This document shows, piece after piece, positions 10,415 to 21,488 of a stretch of DNA of 47,702 nucleotides. The notes below the pieces were generated by a model that saw only the letters and a program-made list of their open reading frames with translations, was not told the DNA's origin and did not search any database. Each line of letters opens with the position of its first letter. Position 1 is the first letter of the stretch. The DNA lies in assembly GCA_002811645.1 (NCBI GenBank), contig PDIP01000263.1, positions 1-47,702 on the forward strand. The letters run 5' to 3'. Position numbers and translations under genes: made by a program. This DNA comes from Corallochytrium limacisporum Hawaii. Lineage: Eukaryota > Protista > Pluriformea.

Positions 10415-13400
10415 ATGGTGAGGAATCCGTTTGGCAAGCACGCTGTGGAGGCGGACATCGCGTTCCCGCCGTGCCCGATCGTATGCGCTTTGCCCGAGCG
10501 GACAAGTGAAGTCTTGCTGGAGCGAAACACCTTCTACGTGTTCAAACGCACCGGGTCGCCGACTATAGCATCAGTACGACTTATTGGGTCCACGTTGATG
10601 TTAGAAGTGCTACCGTCCAGTAGGAGATCTCCCGAAATGTATGACCTGGAACAGTTGTTCTATGCCCATCGTGGTCCAAGCATCCATCGGGAATTCCAAC
10701 GGCCAGAGGCGGAAGCAAAACCGGATTTCTGCGTGACCCTGAATTTCGGAGTGCCGTTCAAAAATAAGCCTTTGTGCCTGATGACACAGTCAGCTGAAGT
10801 TGCTGCTCGGTTTGTGGAAGGGTGCAATCTGTTGGTGAAGGCCCTTGAATTTGAGACCGACCATGAAGCAGTGAATCGTCGCATTGTGCGCGACTGGCTC
10901 AAAATGACACACAATGGTCGGTTAACTCATTTGAAGGTCAATGATATTCAGTCTGCAGCAAAACAGTCACACATGCGGATCAGAACTTCCGCGCTGCAAG
11001 ACATGGTCAAACTCTGGCTGGCAGGCCGGCCTCAGAATGAAATTGACTTTGTTATGTATCAGGCCATATGGTACAGCCTACAGGTACCGGATTGTACTCG
11101 TGCGCTCTTCCATCGGTACTCGGATCCATCGTCAAATCACACGTACATGAATTTGACATGTTTCCGTACTTTTCTCCAACGGGAGCAGTACATCAGCAAA
11201 GGAGAGTTGACGGATTCCTATGTGGAAGGCCTGATGGCTAAGTATGCACGGAATGCAGGACCGAATCCCCTCTTCGACATTCTTGACTTTCACAACTTCC
11301 TGTACGGAGTGGACAACGCGGCAATTTCCTACGAGCAGGTCTACAAGGTCAGCACCAAGGCAATGAGCCAGCCCCTCAATGAGTACTTCATTAATTCGAG
11401 TCACAACACTTATTTGATAGGTAATCAGTTCAAAGGTGAAGCCTCTGTCCAGGCATACATTGATGCCCTACGGATGGGATGCCGGTGCGTGGAATTGGAT
11501 TGTTGGGATGGACCCACCCCAGATGATCCCATCATCACGCACGGTCGCACTCTGTGTGGTCGCGTGCGTTTCTGGGATGTGATTTTGGCCATCAATGAAC
11601 ATGCTTTTGAAGCATCGCCGTACCCGGTGATTTTGAGTATCGAGAACCATTGTTGTCTGGAACAGCAGAATACTATGGCAAAGATGTTTGAGCAAGTCTT
11701 CGGAAACAAGCTCCTGAAGAGCCCAGTCTCTGCAGGGGAGGACAAGCTGCCTTCTCCAGAGCAACTCAAGTACAAGGTCATTCTGAAAAACAAGAAACTC
11801 GATGATCAGGATGCTGCCGCCGATGCAACCCTGCCTCGGTCCAGTAGTCTGACCTCTCTGTTTTCAGGTGGCGGGGATGACGACGATCAGAATAATGTCT
11901 TGCGCAGTGGGGTGCTACAAATGTTGGAGGAAAATGGACAGCAGTGGGTATGGTACTCATGCACGTTGTCATACAGTGGCCTAACCTACTGGCTGCAGAC
12001 CGAGGAAGAGAAGGGACCAGGAATTGTTGATGCTGAAAGGGAACAGTCAGTGTCGACTCCCCTGGATGAAGACAGCTCCGAAACGAGCCTAGTCAGGCAA
12101 CGTTGGTTCTTTGGCAGTGTAACTCGGCAGGAGGCTGAGCGTGTGCTCATGAACGGCCACAACGTGAATGGTGCGTTCCTTGTTCGGCCTGGCCAAGCAT
12201 TTCCAGGGGATTTTAGTATGTCCATCCTGTGGGATAGCAGGTGCGTCCACATCCGCATTAAACGGGCCGGCGACGAATTCTTTATTGCGGATGGACTTAC
12301 ATTTGCAACTTTAGAAGATCTGGTTGAGTATTACCGCCAGACGTCCATTCGCTCGCCCGAATTCTCTGTCCAGCTTGGCAGACCTGCATGGGACCCCCCA
12401 GAATGGTGGAGGGACAACATTGGCACGGAAAACGCGGAAGGCATGCTTGACATTATGAAGAAAGATGGCAGTTTTTTGCTCCGCAGGGGTGGACCAGATC
12501 GGCGAGGATATTCGCTTAGTGTGCGTGCAAAGGGCCGTAATTTCCATGTACGCCTGGAGCGCGACTCTGATGGATCTTTCATGGCCGGTACTGCATCGTT
12601 TGATACCCTGACTGACCTTGTGGAACACTTCCAGAAGACCCCCATTTACGACAACACGTACTTGACATATCCTTGCACTGCACGGGCTATTTCAGAAGCG
12701 CAGCTGAGCAGTTACCGCGACGAAGCGAGTGGTGCTGAACGGAAAATGTTCAGTCAACACAACGGTTCCAGTGGCACTTACTATGCAGCAGCAGATCTAA
12801 AGGTTAGTACGTTCCGTGAGTACCGTGCAGCGGTGAAAAGCGATTGTCTGCCAGCGCCTGATCGATCCGATATGCTCCCCTTGCGAAAGTTGGATATTGT
12901 GACGGTACTTAGCGAACCGAGGGATATTAACGGTTTACGCTGTGTGCAGGTGTCTCACAAGGGTCAAGTGGGCCAGGCTCCCTTCGATCAGCTGCAGGCC
13001 GTCGGCGAGCAAGAAATTGTGGAGGAAGACAGCATTGTGGAACAGTTCCACATTGCTGCAACAGGTCTCCAGGTCCAGGAGGAGCCTTGTTCTTACCAAC
13101 TCGATGATGGTTCGACTGTGCAGGGCACGGTCATATACTTGCGCGACAATATGGAACGAGGATTTCTTCTGCGTCATGAGGACGAAGACGAGATGCAAGG
13201 CTGGCTCACTGACTTGCGTAGTCTCACTGAGATTTCGCAGGCCATGAGTGACAAAGTGCAAGACATTAGCAAACGGAGAAATATTAGCGAGAGACTGAGC
13301 AATCTTGTGGTATACTGCAGACCAAAGCACTTCAAGAATCCGGCGTATGCCATGAACAATTTCAAGTTCTACAACATGTCGTCGTTTAAGGAGAGCAGTG

Positions 13401-14284
13401 CGCGGTCATGGATTTTCCGGGAGTACACAAACTACCTCAAGTTCAACCAAAAGTTCATCAGTCGAATCTATCCCGATGGCAAACGTGTCAATTCCTCGAA
13501 TTACGAGCCCGTACTCTACTGGTCTGCAGGTTGTCATATGGTGGCACTGAACTACCAGACCTTTGACGACCCGATGGTGGTGAACACAGCTCGGTTCCTG
13601 GAGAATGGCAACTGTGGCTACCTCCTGCAACCAGAATTTTTGCGCAAGAACAAATCTTTTGACATAGCACTGCCTCAAGAGCATGCAACGGAGCCAATTG
13701 AGATGCGCTTGGCCATCATGGCAGGTAAATGCCTTCGCAAGGATTCAAACGGTGCCCTTAAACCATGGGTTGATGTCGATCTTATTGGGGCGGACGTCGA
13801 CTGCAAATTCATCTATCACTCGTCCGAGGCAGACAATGGACTCTGTGCTAACTATCAGGTGGAGAATGATCAATTAATTGAGTTCCACTGCTTCTATCCT
13901 GAGCTCGCCATGTTGCGCTTTATTGTAAAGGAAAGCGATATGTTTGAGAAGCCTCGCGTGAAGGGCTGGGCGTACATTCCACTCAACAAGATTCAACCTG
14001 GCTGGCGGGTCATTCAACTGCGCAGTCCCAACTACGGGGCCCTCCAGTCGCAGGCTAAGTTGTTGGTATACTTCCAGGGAACGCAGAAGGCGCATGTCAA
14101 AGCGGAAATCGCAGCAGTGGAACAAGCTCTTGGTCAGGCGCGCCGGGCAACTATCCGACGTCGCCCCCGTGGCTCCCCCAACGATGCGGATGATCGCGAC
14201 CTCAGGAAGATCACCAAACAAATTGCAGACCTGGAGATGCGCAGGGAGCAGATGAAGTCGCAACATTACGAAAGCTATAACTAA
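10415..14284 (+). CDS. PLCG1: Phosphoinositide phospholipase C gamma (PH-EF-X-splitPH-SH2-SH2-SH3-Y-C2)
   Basis: X box SSHNTYL, GCRCVELDCWDG, ITHGRTL, ILSIENHC. SH2 domains WFFG..GAFLVR and GSFLLR. Degenerate SH3. Y box LSNLVVYC, SRIYPDGKRVNSSNY, VALNYQT. C2 domain at the end. Confidence 0.93.
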   Translation: MVRNPFGKHAVEADIAFPPCPIVCALPERTSEVLLERNTFYVFKRTGSPTIASVRLIGSTLMLEVLPSSRRSPEMYDLEQLFYAHRGPSIHREFQRPEAEAKPDFCVTLNFGVPFKNKPLCLMTQSAEVAARFVEGCNLLVKALEFETDHEAVNRRIVRDWLKMTHNGRLTHLKVNDIQSAAKQSHMRIRTSALQDMVKLWLAGRPQNEIDFVMYQAIWYSLQVPDCTRALFHRYSDPSSNHTYMNLTCFRTFLQREQYISKGELTDSYVEGLMAKYARNAGPNPLFDILDFHNFLYGVDNAAISYEQVYKVSTKAMSQPLNEYFINSSHNTYLIGNQFKGEASVQAYIDALRMGCRCVELDCWDGPTPDDPIITHGRTLCGRVRFWDVILAINEHAFEASPYPVILSIENHCCLEQQNTMAKMFEQVFGNKLLKSPVSAGEDKLPSPEQLKYKVILKNKKLDDQDAAADATLPRSSSLTSLFSGGGDDDDQNNVLRSGVLQMLEENGQQWVWYSCTLSYSGLTYWLQTEEEKGPGIVDAEREQSVSTPLDEDSSETSLVRQRWFFGSVTRQEAERVLMNGHNVNGAFLVRPGQAFPGDFSMSILWDSRCVHIRIKRAGDEFFIADGLTFATLEDLVEYYRQTSIRSPEFSVQLGRPAWDPPEWWRDNIGTENAEGMLDIMKKDGSFLLRRGGPDRRGYSLSVRAKGRNFHVRLERDSDGSFMAGTASFDTLTDLVEHFQKTPIYDNTYLTYPCTARAISEAQLSSYRDEASGAERKMFSQHNGSSGTYYAAADLKVSTFREYRAAVKSDCLPAPDRSDMLPLRKLDIVTVLSEPRDINGLRCVQVSHKGQVGQAPFDQLQAVGEQEIVEEDSIVEQFHIAATGLQVQEEPCSYQLDDGSTVQGTVIYLRDNMERGFLLRHEDEDEMQGWLTDLRSLTEISQAMSDKVQDISKRRNISERLSNLVVYCRPKHFKNPAYAMNNFKFYNMSSFKESSARSWIFREYTNYLKFNQKFISRIYPDGKRVNSSNYEPVLYWSAGCHMVALNYQTFDDPMVVNTARFLENGNCGYLLQPEFLRKNKSFDIALPQEHATEPIEMRLAIMAGKCLRKDSNGALKPWVDVDLIGADVDCKFIYHSSEADNGLCANYQVENDQLIEFHCFYPELAMLRFIVKESDMFEKPRVKGWAYIPLNKIQPGWRVIQLRSPNYGALQSQAKLLVYFQGTQKAHVKAEIAAVEQALGQARRATIRRRPRGSPNDADDRDLRKITKQIADLEMRREQMKSQHYESYN

Positions 14285-14443
14285 GACAGTGGAAGAGATA
14301 CCATGGTCACAATGGTGTGGACAGAGAATTCTAATACACTATTCTTTCACGGTGGTCCACTAAACGAAACACAGCGGTGTATTGTTTTAAAGTAGTTTAG
14401 GATAGCTCTAGCTTAAACAGCACATTGGAGGCGTGCTTCACAT

Positions 14444-16549
14444 TTACTTCTTGCGAGGTTTGGGTTGACCACGGCGTTGACGCTTAGCCCCGCGTTCCAT
14501 GGCCGCTGCAGCCTCGGCACGCTTCTGCAGGTTCTTATTCTTTACGTTAACCCTAGAGTAGTATTTCTCACCCGTAAGTTTCTTATTTGTAGTCATGCGC
14601 TTTTCCTTTTTCTTGGAGTGGCGCAGGTTGCGTCGTTCGTCATCGTCATCCTCTGGTTCGTCAGCAGTCTTGTCTTTCTCAGTGTCCCCTGATTTGACTT
14701 TCTTTGGCTTCCTCCTTCTTGGATGCTCCTCTTCATCATCACTCATGTCCCCATCATCATCGTCATCATCATCGTCACCGTCGTCGTCTTCCAGATCCTG
14801 CTCCTTCCGCAAAGCCCTGACTTCCGCGGCCGTCGCGGGACGCCCCTCTACGGACGCAAATACCTGATCCCAGTCTGGCTCCTTGGCATCGGCCTGTTCC
14901 TCATTGTCTACTTCCACGTGGGCCTTTTCATCTTCAGCAGCGCTCTCCTCGTCATCAACGTCTACCTTTGCAGGGCGCCCACTGCCGGCACCGAGGACAT
15001 TGCTTGCCACCTTGATGTTCTTGAAATCCTGTGCAACAGCCACATCTCCCGCTTCACCGCCGTTGGCTGTGTCGTCTTTCTCACCGGTGGGTACAAAGTG
15101 AGGCAACCTACCACGCTGCCAGTCGCTCAGAACCATCTTGGCCACCGTGCGGATATCTGCCTCGCCACCTTTCAACAGACGACCACTCTTGCGGGCCAGC
15201 TTGTCGAGGAAGTCTTCACCATCTTCCCATCCGTCCACGTTGTAGGTACGCTTGATATAGAGAGGGTTAATGCGCTCCAGCATCGGCTCAATGTAGTCCT
15301 CAGGTGTCTCCAAATTTTCGATACGCACGACAGATTTGAGGACGGCCTCTGCTTCTGTATCCTTTTCGTTGCTATGTACCACTCCAGGGCAATCAATTAG
15401 GTAGATGCGGCGGAACAGTGTAATGTACTGCCACACCTTCGTCTCACCGGGGATAGGTGCGGTCTTGCATACCTTGGCCGCCTTCAACGCATTGATAACG
15501 GAACTTTTGCCCACGTTCGGGTACCCAATGAACCCGACACTAATCTGGCGACGGTCCTTGTGTAAATGGCTGAACTGACGCAGCAGTTGAATCAAAGAAC
15601 CTTTCCCAAAAGGATTCGTAATGGAAGCATGGAAAGCAATGGTTGGGTACTCTGCGCTCAAATTTCGAACCCATTGTTCGGTCACCCAGGTTGGGACCAA
15701 GTCAACTTTGTTGAGTACCAACACAACATGCTTATGGGGAGCTTCTGTCTGGATAAACTCTTCTACATGAGTACTCCGAGTACCTAGTGGATCGCGCGCG
15801 TCAAGTACCTGTACCACAACGTCACTTGAGTCAATGACCTTGTGTAATTCCCCCCAAATCCGCTTGCTCTGACCCTTGCTGAACATTCTATGTGCTGTTT
15901 CGTCTGTGGTACCCATGTCCTCCCGTACTACATCCCTGTCCTTGGTCGAATCATACTCTTCGCCCTTTGTCTCGACCGCTGAGGCCAGCTCAGTCATGCT
16001 CAGGTGCTGCAGTTTTGGACGCTTGCGTTGTGCCTTCTTGCCGAAGGTCTTATCGAAGCCCTCAACCTCAAGAATCTTCACATGCGGACTCGTAGTCTTC
16101 TCGTTGTCGATACCATCCCGGATCAGGGCCATGGGTAGCTTGTTGCGGCGAAGAACAACCTGGTATGGGTCCTTCTCCGCGCCCGCGGCGGCTTCCTTGA
16201 ACTTCTCAAGATCACTCTGTCCCACGACGCGGGTGTTGCCAAACCACCGACGGTCAGGCTGCACGCGTGCCACCGTGCCGGAGGTCAATTTGCTCTGGAA
16301 TGGTGCCTCCTTCACAACCTCACCCTTTCTGTTACGCACCACTTTGCCACCGCTCTTATACATGGCCAAGCGCTGGATAGTTGACTTGTCCCGGAGCTGT
16401 GTGGAACCCACACGTTTGCCAATGGTGGGCTTTCCATTGACGAGCTTTCGGTTGGGGTTGATAGCAGCATTACTGCTTTTGAACGATGTTCCTTTGTGGA
16501 TGTTGGCACCCTTCTTTGTGGAGCGACGCTCCTTTTTGGACAGTCCCAT
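14444..16549 (-). CDS. GNL2: Nucleolar GTP-binding protein 2 (NOG2/GNL2), circularly permuted GTPase
   Basis: NGP1NT region ([13 protein letters not shown]), [43 protein letters not shown], and an acidic/basic tail. Confidence 0.96.
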   Translation of the reverse strand: MGLSKKERRSTKKGANIHKGTSFKSSNAAINPNRKLVNGKPTIGKRVGSTQLRDKSTIQRLAMYKSGGKVVRNRKGEVVKEAPFQSKLTSGTVARVQPDRRWFGNTRVVGQSDLEKFKEAAAGAEKDPYQVVLRRNKLPMALIRDGIDNEKTTSPHVKILEVEGFDKTFGKKAQRKRPKLQHLSMTELASAVETKGEEYDSTKDRDVVREDMGTTDETAHRMFSKGQSKRIWGELHKVIDSSDVVVQVLDARDPLGTRSTHVEEFIQTEAPHKHVVLVLNKVDLVPTWVTEQWVRNLSAEYPTIAFHASITNPFGKGSLIQLLRQFSHLHKDRRQISVGFIGYPNVGKSSVINALKAAKVCKTAPIPGETKVWQYITLFRRIYLIDCPGVVHSNEKDTEAEAVLKSVVRIENLETPEDYIEPMLERINPLYIKRTYNVDGWEDGEDFLDKLARKSGRLLKGGEADIRTVAKMVLSDWQRGRLPHFVPTGEKDDTANGGEAGDVAVAQDFKNIKVASNVLGAGSGRPAKVDVDDEESAAEDEKAHVEVDNEEQADAKEPDWDQVFASVEGRPATAAEVRALRKEQDLEDDDGDDDDDDDDGDMSDDEEEHPRRRKPKKVKSGDTEKDKTADEPEDDDDERRNLRHSKKKEKRMTTNKKLTGEKYYSRVNVKNKNLQKRAEAAAAMERGAKRQRRGQPKPRKK

Positions 16550-17504
16550 AGTAATTGTCTGAATTCCACCTATCTAATAACCTTTTCCAATAATTGACCT
16601 TAAAACGACAAGGTCGATCCGGTCATGTTTTTGTACCTAGTATTTATCTTAAGGTCAATGGAGAAATATAGATGCTATCATTTTTTTCGAGGGACATGAT
16701 CGTCAATATGTTGAGAATTGCGCTCTGAACTACGTGTACATGTTTCTGGCGCATGCTTTAGTCATTTGGTCACAATGGATTCTGTGGTACATTTTTGTTT
16801 CAAAATCCATGGCAAGGAAAATGTGCACGCAACAAGACTGTGTGAGATTTAACGGTAGGTAGTCAGCCGGTGCCAAGCCGTACGATGAATTTAGGCGTCC
16901 GCCCCAAGGCGCACGCTCTAGAGAGGCCGAATGGGCACTCCCGGCACACCTCGCGCTTTTCGATCCGAAGTGTGGGTGGTCCACTGGGTGGTCCCCGCGT
17001 GTGTGAGAAACCCTCCCCCAAGAAGACTGGTCGGTGCGGGTCTCTGTACGAATCATTAAATTGATTCAAAAATATATTTTTACCTACCTCCCGTAAGGAA
17101 CACATAATATGCAGGCAACTGTCAAACTTGATTAAGGCTGTTCAGACGGTAGCACGGAAATGTATAGAAAACCCCAATGCAAGGGAATGATTTGGCAAGT
17201 TAAATCTCCCAATCGTACGTAAGGCCCAAGGATACGGGTCCTTGAAATGGGCACCGGTCCTTCGCTGCTGGATCCATTCCGTGCCTAACAATACTGCACA
17301 TTAGCGTCCGATTGTCATCGCCACTCTTATCATCATGTCAATAGTTCGAATACGTTCTCCCGGAGGAGCACAATCTAACGCTGTCTCCCACATGTGCGAG
17401 TGACTTGATGACGATGTCCCAAAGTTCCCGAAATCTGCCGTCCACGCACACACACACCGAGGACCGCGCACCACCAAGGAAACTTTCTGCGTCCGTACGA
17501 GGTG

Positions 17505-17574
17505 GAGAGAGAGCGAGAGAGAGAGAGAGAGAGCGAGAGAGCGAGAGAGAGCGAGAGAGAGAGAGAGAGCGAGA
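17505..17574 (+). repeat. Imperfect (GA)n microsatellite
   Basis: Read directly from the sequence. Confidence 0.9.
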
Positions 17575-17897
17575 TCCACGGCGTTTCGTACACCAACGCC
17601 TCTCCTCTCCGGCGGTTGGAAAATAGGGCAAGACGGGGGGCTGTGTTTGTGTCTTGGCGCCGCTGCCACCCTAATGCTTCCCCACTCGCCAAAACAGTTT
17701 CTTTCCATCAGCCTTTACTTCGTTTTCGTTTTGCCCAGTGTGTCTTTGCACCGGATGCCGGGTCGTTGATAATTTCTTGCAGTTAAACTCCACCATTCTT
17801 TGTCCTCCCCGAGCAACGATCTTTTTAAAGAAAAGGACTGTGCTGGTTTAAATTGTTGGTCCCCCTTTCTGAAGGCCCCTACGAGCAAAAAAAAGTG

Positions 17898-17910
17898 TAT
17901 ATATAAAAGG
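17898..17910 (+). promoter_or_regulatory. Possible TATA box (TATATATAAAAGG) upstream of NEK6/7
   Basis: Consensus TATAAAAG match about 880 nt upstream of the ATG. No transcript evidence. Confidence 0.25.
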
Positions 17911-18002
17911 CCGGGGAGAGACGAGGGAGTGGCTGCTGCTGCTCTGAAACAAAGGACGAGAAAGAGAAAGGAGAATTCGGGACTGAGGACTATTTTCCCC
18001 CT

Positions 18003-18006
<4 letters not shown>

Positions 18007-18034
<28 letters not shown>
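18007..18034 (+). repeat. (TC)14 microsatellite
   Basis: Read directly from the sequence. Confidence 0.9.
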
Positions 18035-18038
<4 letters not shown>

Positions 18039-18784
18039 CCTCCCTGCGTCCGTTCCGTGGTGCGCGCCCAATGAAAAGTGTTGGGAGGCGGGGGGCCTCT
18101 TAACTCGCCGTGTGCATCTCTCCATTTCTCTTTCTTTTTTTTTTTTTGTTTCAAAACCGACCGAGCCCGGAGGCCCCCCCCGCGGCTCCTTTTGTAGCCT
18201 TCCGTGTCCCTTGGCCTTTTTTTTTCTTCCCGTTTTTTTTTTTGCCCTTTTCGCTCGCCCTTCGGTGCGCCTTGTTTTCCGTAACCTGGCCAGCTGCACC
18301 ACAGCCAAGAACGCGGAGCGGGGAGTGCGCGGTTCGGTGGTGTCGCTGAGTCAGTGAAACAGCAGCCACGCACGATACAGCGATAAGCAGGAAAACTGTC
18401 CTTGGGCTCATCTTGTTACTAACACCGTCTTTTCTCGAGAACGATGGTGATGAAATGTGGGTGAGTACTTGAAATAACGCGCGCTAGCATACATGGTTGC
18501 GGTGTAACGGTCCCGATCAATAGATTTGCCACAGATGGCGCCTTGGTGTAGATTAGGTTGAAAAGGTGCGGCATTGGCTAAAGCGGTTTTTACCAAGTCA
18601 CAGTGTCATACCCAATAGTGAGAAACCTGTCCTCTAGAAACAGGAAAGGAAATAACCGAAGTTCTAGACCTTGGAAATAGAGCAGAAACAATAGAACTAG
18701 CTGTGGGCGCACGGGTGTAGTGGCTCGGACCAATAAAGAAACAGTAGCCTCCGTGCTAGTATCCAAAAGAGACATTGGGCCACC

Positions 18785-19720
18785 ATGGACGATGCTGGTA
18801 ACGTCGGTCTTGTCGAGCCCGTCAATGACGACAGTAACCCCTACACCAAGCTGGCTAACTTCAAATTACTAAAGATGATCGGCCAGGGACAATTCAGCAC
18901 AGTGTGGAAGGCGCGATGCATCATTGATCAACAGATTGTTGCACTAAAGAAGGTTCAGGTTTTTGAGCTAATGGATGCGAAGGCACGGAACGATTGTATT
19001 AAGGAGATAGATCTCCTCAAACATTTGGATCATCCTAATGTGATTCGTTATCTGGCTTCCTTCATCGAGTCCAATGAGCTTAACATTGTTTTGGAACTGG
19101 CAGACGCAGGCGATCTGTCCCGCATGATCAAGCATTTTAAAAAACATGAAAAGCTGATTCCGGAGAAGACTGTATGGAAATACTTTGTCCAGATTGCCAG
19201 GGGCGTAGGAAGTATGCACGATAAGCGCATTATGCACAGAGACATCAAACCTGCTAACGTCTTTATCACAGCAACGGGCATGGTCAAACTTGGCGACCTG
19301 GGATTAGGAAGAATGTTCAGTTCAAAGACCAATATTGCCACGTCTTTGGTGGGCACGCCGTATTACATGAGCCCAGAGCGCATTCGGGAGAATGGTTATA
19401 ACTTTAAATCGGACATTTGGTCCCTGGGTTGCTTACTATACGAAATGGCTGCCCTGCAGTCGCCGTTTTACGGAGACAAGATGAATCTCTATACCCTTTG
19501 CAAGAAAATCGAACGGTGTGACTACCCCCCGTTGCCTGCAAACGTGTACAGTGAACAGCTGCGTGGGTTGGTGGCTGCGTGCATCCAAGTTGAACCGGAA
19601 CGGCGACCCAACATCCACCAGATTCTGGAGGTGGCGGAGGCGATGCACAGTCACTACCTCTCTCTACAGGCAGCCCAAAGGGAGGCCCAGGCAGCTGCAG
19701 CTGCCCAGCCACCCGCATAG
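18785..19720 (+). CDS. NEK7: NEK6/NEK7 serine/threonine kinase
   Basis: [46 protein letters not shown] motif, [31 protein letters not shown]. Strong Kozak context gccaccATG. Confidence 0.95.
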   Translation: MDDAGNVGLVEPVNDDSNPYTKLANFKLLKMIGQGQFSTVWKARCIIDQQIVALKKVQVFELMDAKARNDCIKEIDLLKHLDHPNVIRYLASFIESNELNIVLELADAGDLSRMIKHFKKHEKLIPEKTVWKYFVQIARGVGSMHDKRIMHRDIKPANVFITATGMVKLGDLGLGRMFSSKTNIATSLVGTPYYMSPERIRENGYNFKSDIWSLGCLLYEMAALQSPFYGDKMNLYTLCKKIERCDYPPLPANVYSEQLRGLVAACIQVEPERRPNIHQILEVAEAMHSHYLSLQAAQREAQAAAAAQPPA

Positions 19721-19867
19721 ATGTAAACACTTCATATCTATCAAAATTTACTTAAACATCCACTACCATGCGATTCTTTGGGTCACGTTGAGTAATGGTG
19801 TCAGAAGTCCCTTACTTGCGGATTGACTATCTATGGGATCCAAACTGTAGCTCTAGGGCAAGGTTGC

Positions 19868-20755
19868 TTAAATATTACCAGCGTAGACCTCAAAGCGACT
19901 TTTCAGGCGCCAGCAATCAATTTGAGTCGCCGAGCCGAGCAACATGGCAAAGCGCATGCCCACCAGAGGTGCGGCTGTCTTAAGATTCTGTAGACGTGTG
20001 CCTTTTGCAAACTGCAGTGGGGCCTTAAGCACCATCAGTACATTGCCAAGTACAAATCCAGCGCTGGTTCCAACTAGGGCCATGCGAATGCAAGAGATGC
20101 GCATGGTTTTGACTGCCGGTCTTGTCAGAGGGTCCTGCTCCGCACCGGCCAGAACGGTATCCATGCCACCCTGTAGAGCATGCTCACCAACCTCTGTGAT
20201 TACAGCTTTATCGACCATGTCTTCCTGATCCTGCCATGATTCCTGGCTACGGCCTGTCAGTGAATTCTTGAGTTTGTTTAAGGAAAACAGCGGCAGATTG
20301 GCTGTTTGAACGGCATCAATTGCGCTCTGGTCTAAACCTTCGACCTCCTTGTCAGCCCACAAATCACGAACGTTCTCTTGCGTGGGGTCAGCGAATACGA
20401 CGCCGGGGTCCATATCTTCGTCCTCTGATGTTGACAACAGAGCTTCGTCATCTTCGGGCAAATTCTCTTTCTGCGCTACTGTCATGCGTGCCTCCTCACC
20501 GTGTAGGTCCAGAATCTTGTCAGCCTTGTGGGTGATCCCAGTGACAGCTGACCGAATGGCCAAGCTTGTGTAAAAGGCACCGATTAGAGTTGTGAGAGTG
20601 CCATTGTATATCGTCTGTCTCACTGCAGGATAGGCAACCAGTGTCCGCGCAATATAGCGGTTGATCAGAACTCCTGGAAAGCTGGGAGACAAAACACTGA
20701 AAACCCTCTTTCGAGAAGCAGATTGCTTGTCATCAATTCCCATGGTTGATGGCAT
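19868..20755 (-). CDS. Membrane protein with a partial Tim17/Tim22-like C-terminal region
   Basis: 295-aa ATG ORF, convergently packed like the real genes. C-terminal SC..ALVGTSAGFVLG and RFAMLLG...IDC resemble the first two TM helices of Tim22-family proteins. Family call is weak. Confidence 0.5.
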   Translation of the reverse strand: MPSTMGIDDKQSASRKRVFSVLSPSFPGVLINRYIARTLVAYPAVRQTIYNGTLTTLIGAFYTSLAIRSAVTGITHKADKILDLHGEEARMTVAQKENLPEDDEALLSTSEDEDMDPGVVFADPTQENVRDLWADKEVEGLDQSAIDAVQTANLPLFSLNKLKNSLTGRSQESWQDQEDMVDKAVITEVGEHALQGGMDTVLAGAEQDPLTRPAVKTMRISCIRMALVGTSAGFVLGNVLMVLKAPLQFAKGTRLQNLKTAAPLVGMRFAMLLGSATQIDCWRLKSRFEVYAGNI

Positions 20756-21488
20756 CCTTATTGCTTCTTACTAATGAAGAGTAAATCTACATTGTCGCAC
20801 TCTGACTAAGCTACACCTTATCTGATGGTCTCGAGATCCGAGCTCGTTCTCTATTCGCATCTTACCGCATACATTGAGCAATACCATTTTGGAATCAGAG
20901 TACATTGCATAAAATAAGTAACTGATCATCCTCCGACGCTAGAATCCGGCGCACAGCAACCCTACAGCCTCTGATGTTCGGGATGTCCTCAAACTGCCCA
21001 GACCCGACATGAACCCTGCGCGCGTCTGAACGAGCCCGGGGCTACGCAATCTCCGTCCCTCCCCCTTTCGTTGACCCATTCCGAATGAAGGGTGTGCGTA
21101 CGGCCGCTGGTTATAGAGCACGTCAGGAACCTCTAGTCCGACCCGAAGGGCCGGGTGATATCCAAATTCCTCGGGCCAGCCCGTTGCCGACAAATATGTC
21201 TGGGGCCTATTTTCAGTGCGGGCAAAGCTTACGTTTTCCGGCGCCTTCCGAAGGGGGTCCCGACCCGGCCCGACAAGACACCTCAGGTGGCTCGGTGGGC
21301 CTTATCGGCAATCAGTCAGGTACTTGTTGGAAGGTCAGATACTCATTCAAAGATCGCCTCTTGCGGTATAACATTTAGGGAAACTGTTTAATAGTAGAGA
21401 TACTATGTGACTCTGAGAGATTACAAGCGGTGCCCATCCAGGAATGTGAGGTAGCTGACATGACATAGTACACGTTGCAACTACAACC

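Noticed and set aside
20939-21340. Structured ncRNA (RNase P/MRP/SRP-like) in the GC-rich spacer
   Set aside because: No conserved core motifs found by eye. An Infernal/Rfam scan would be needed.
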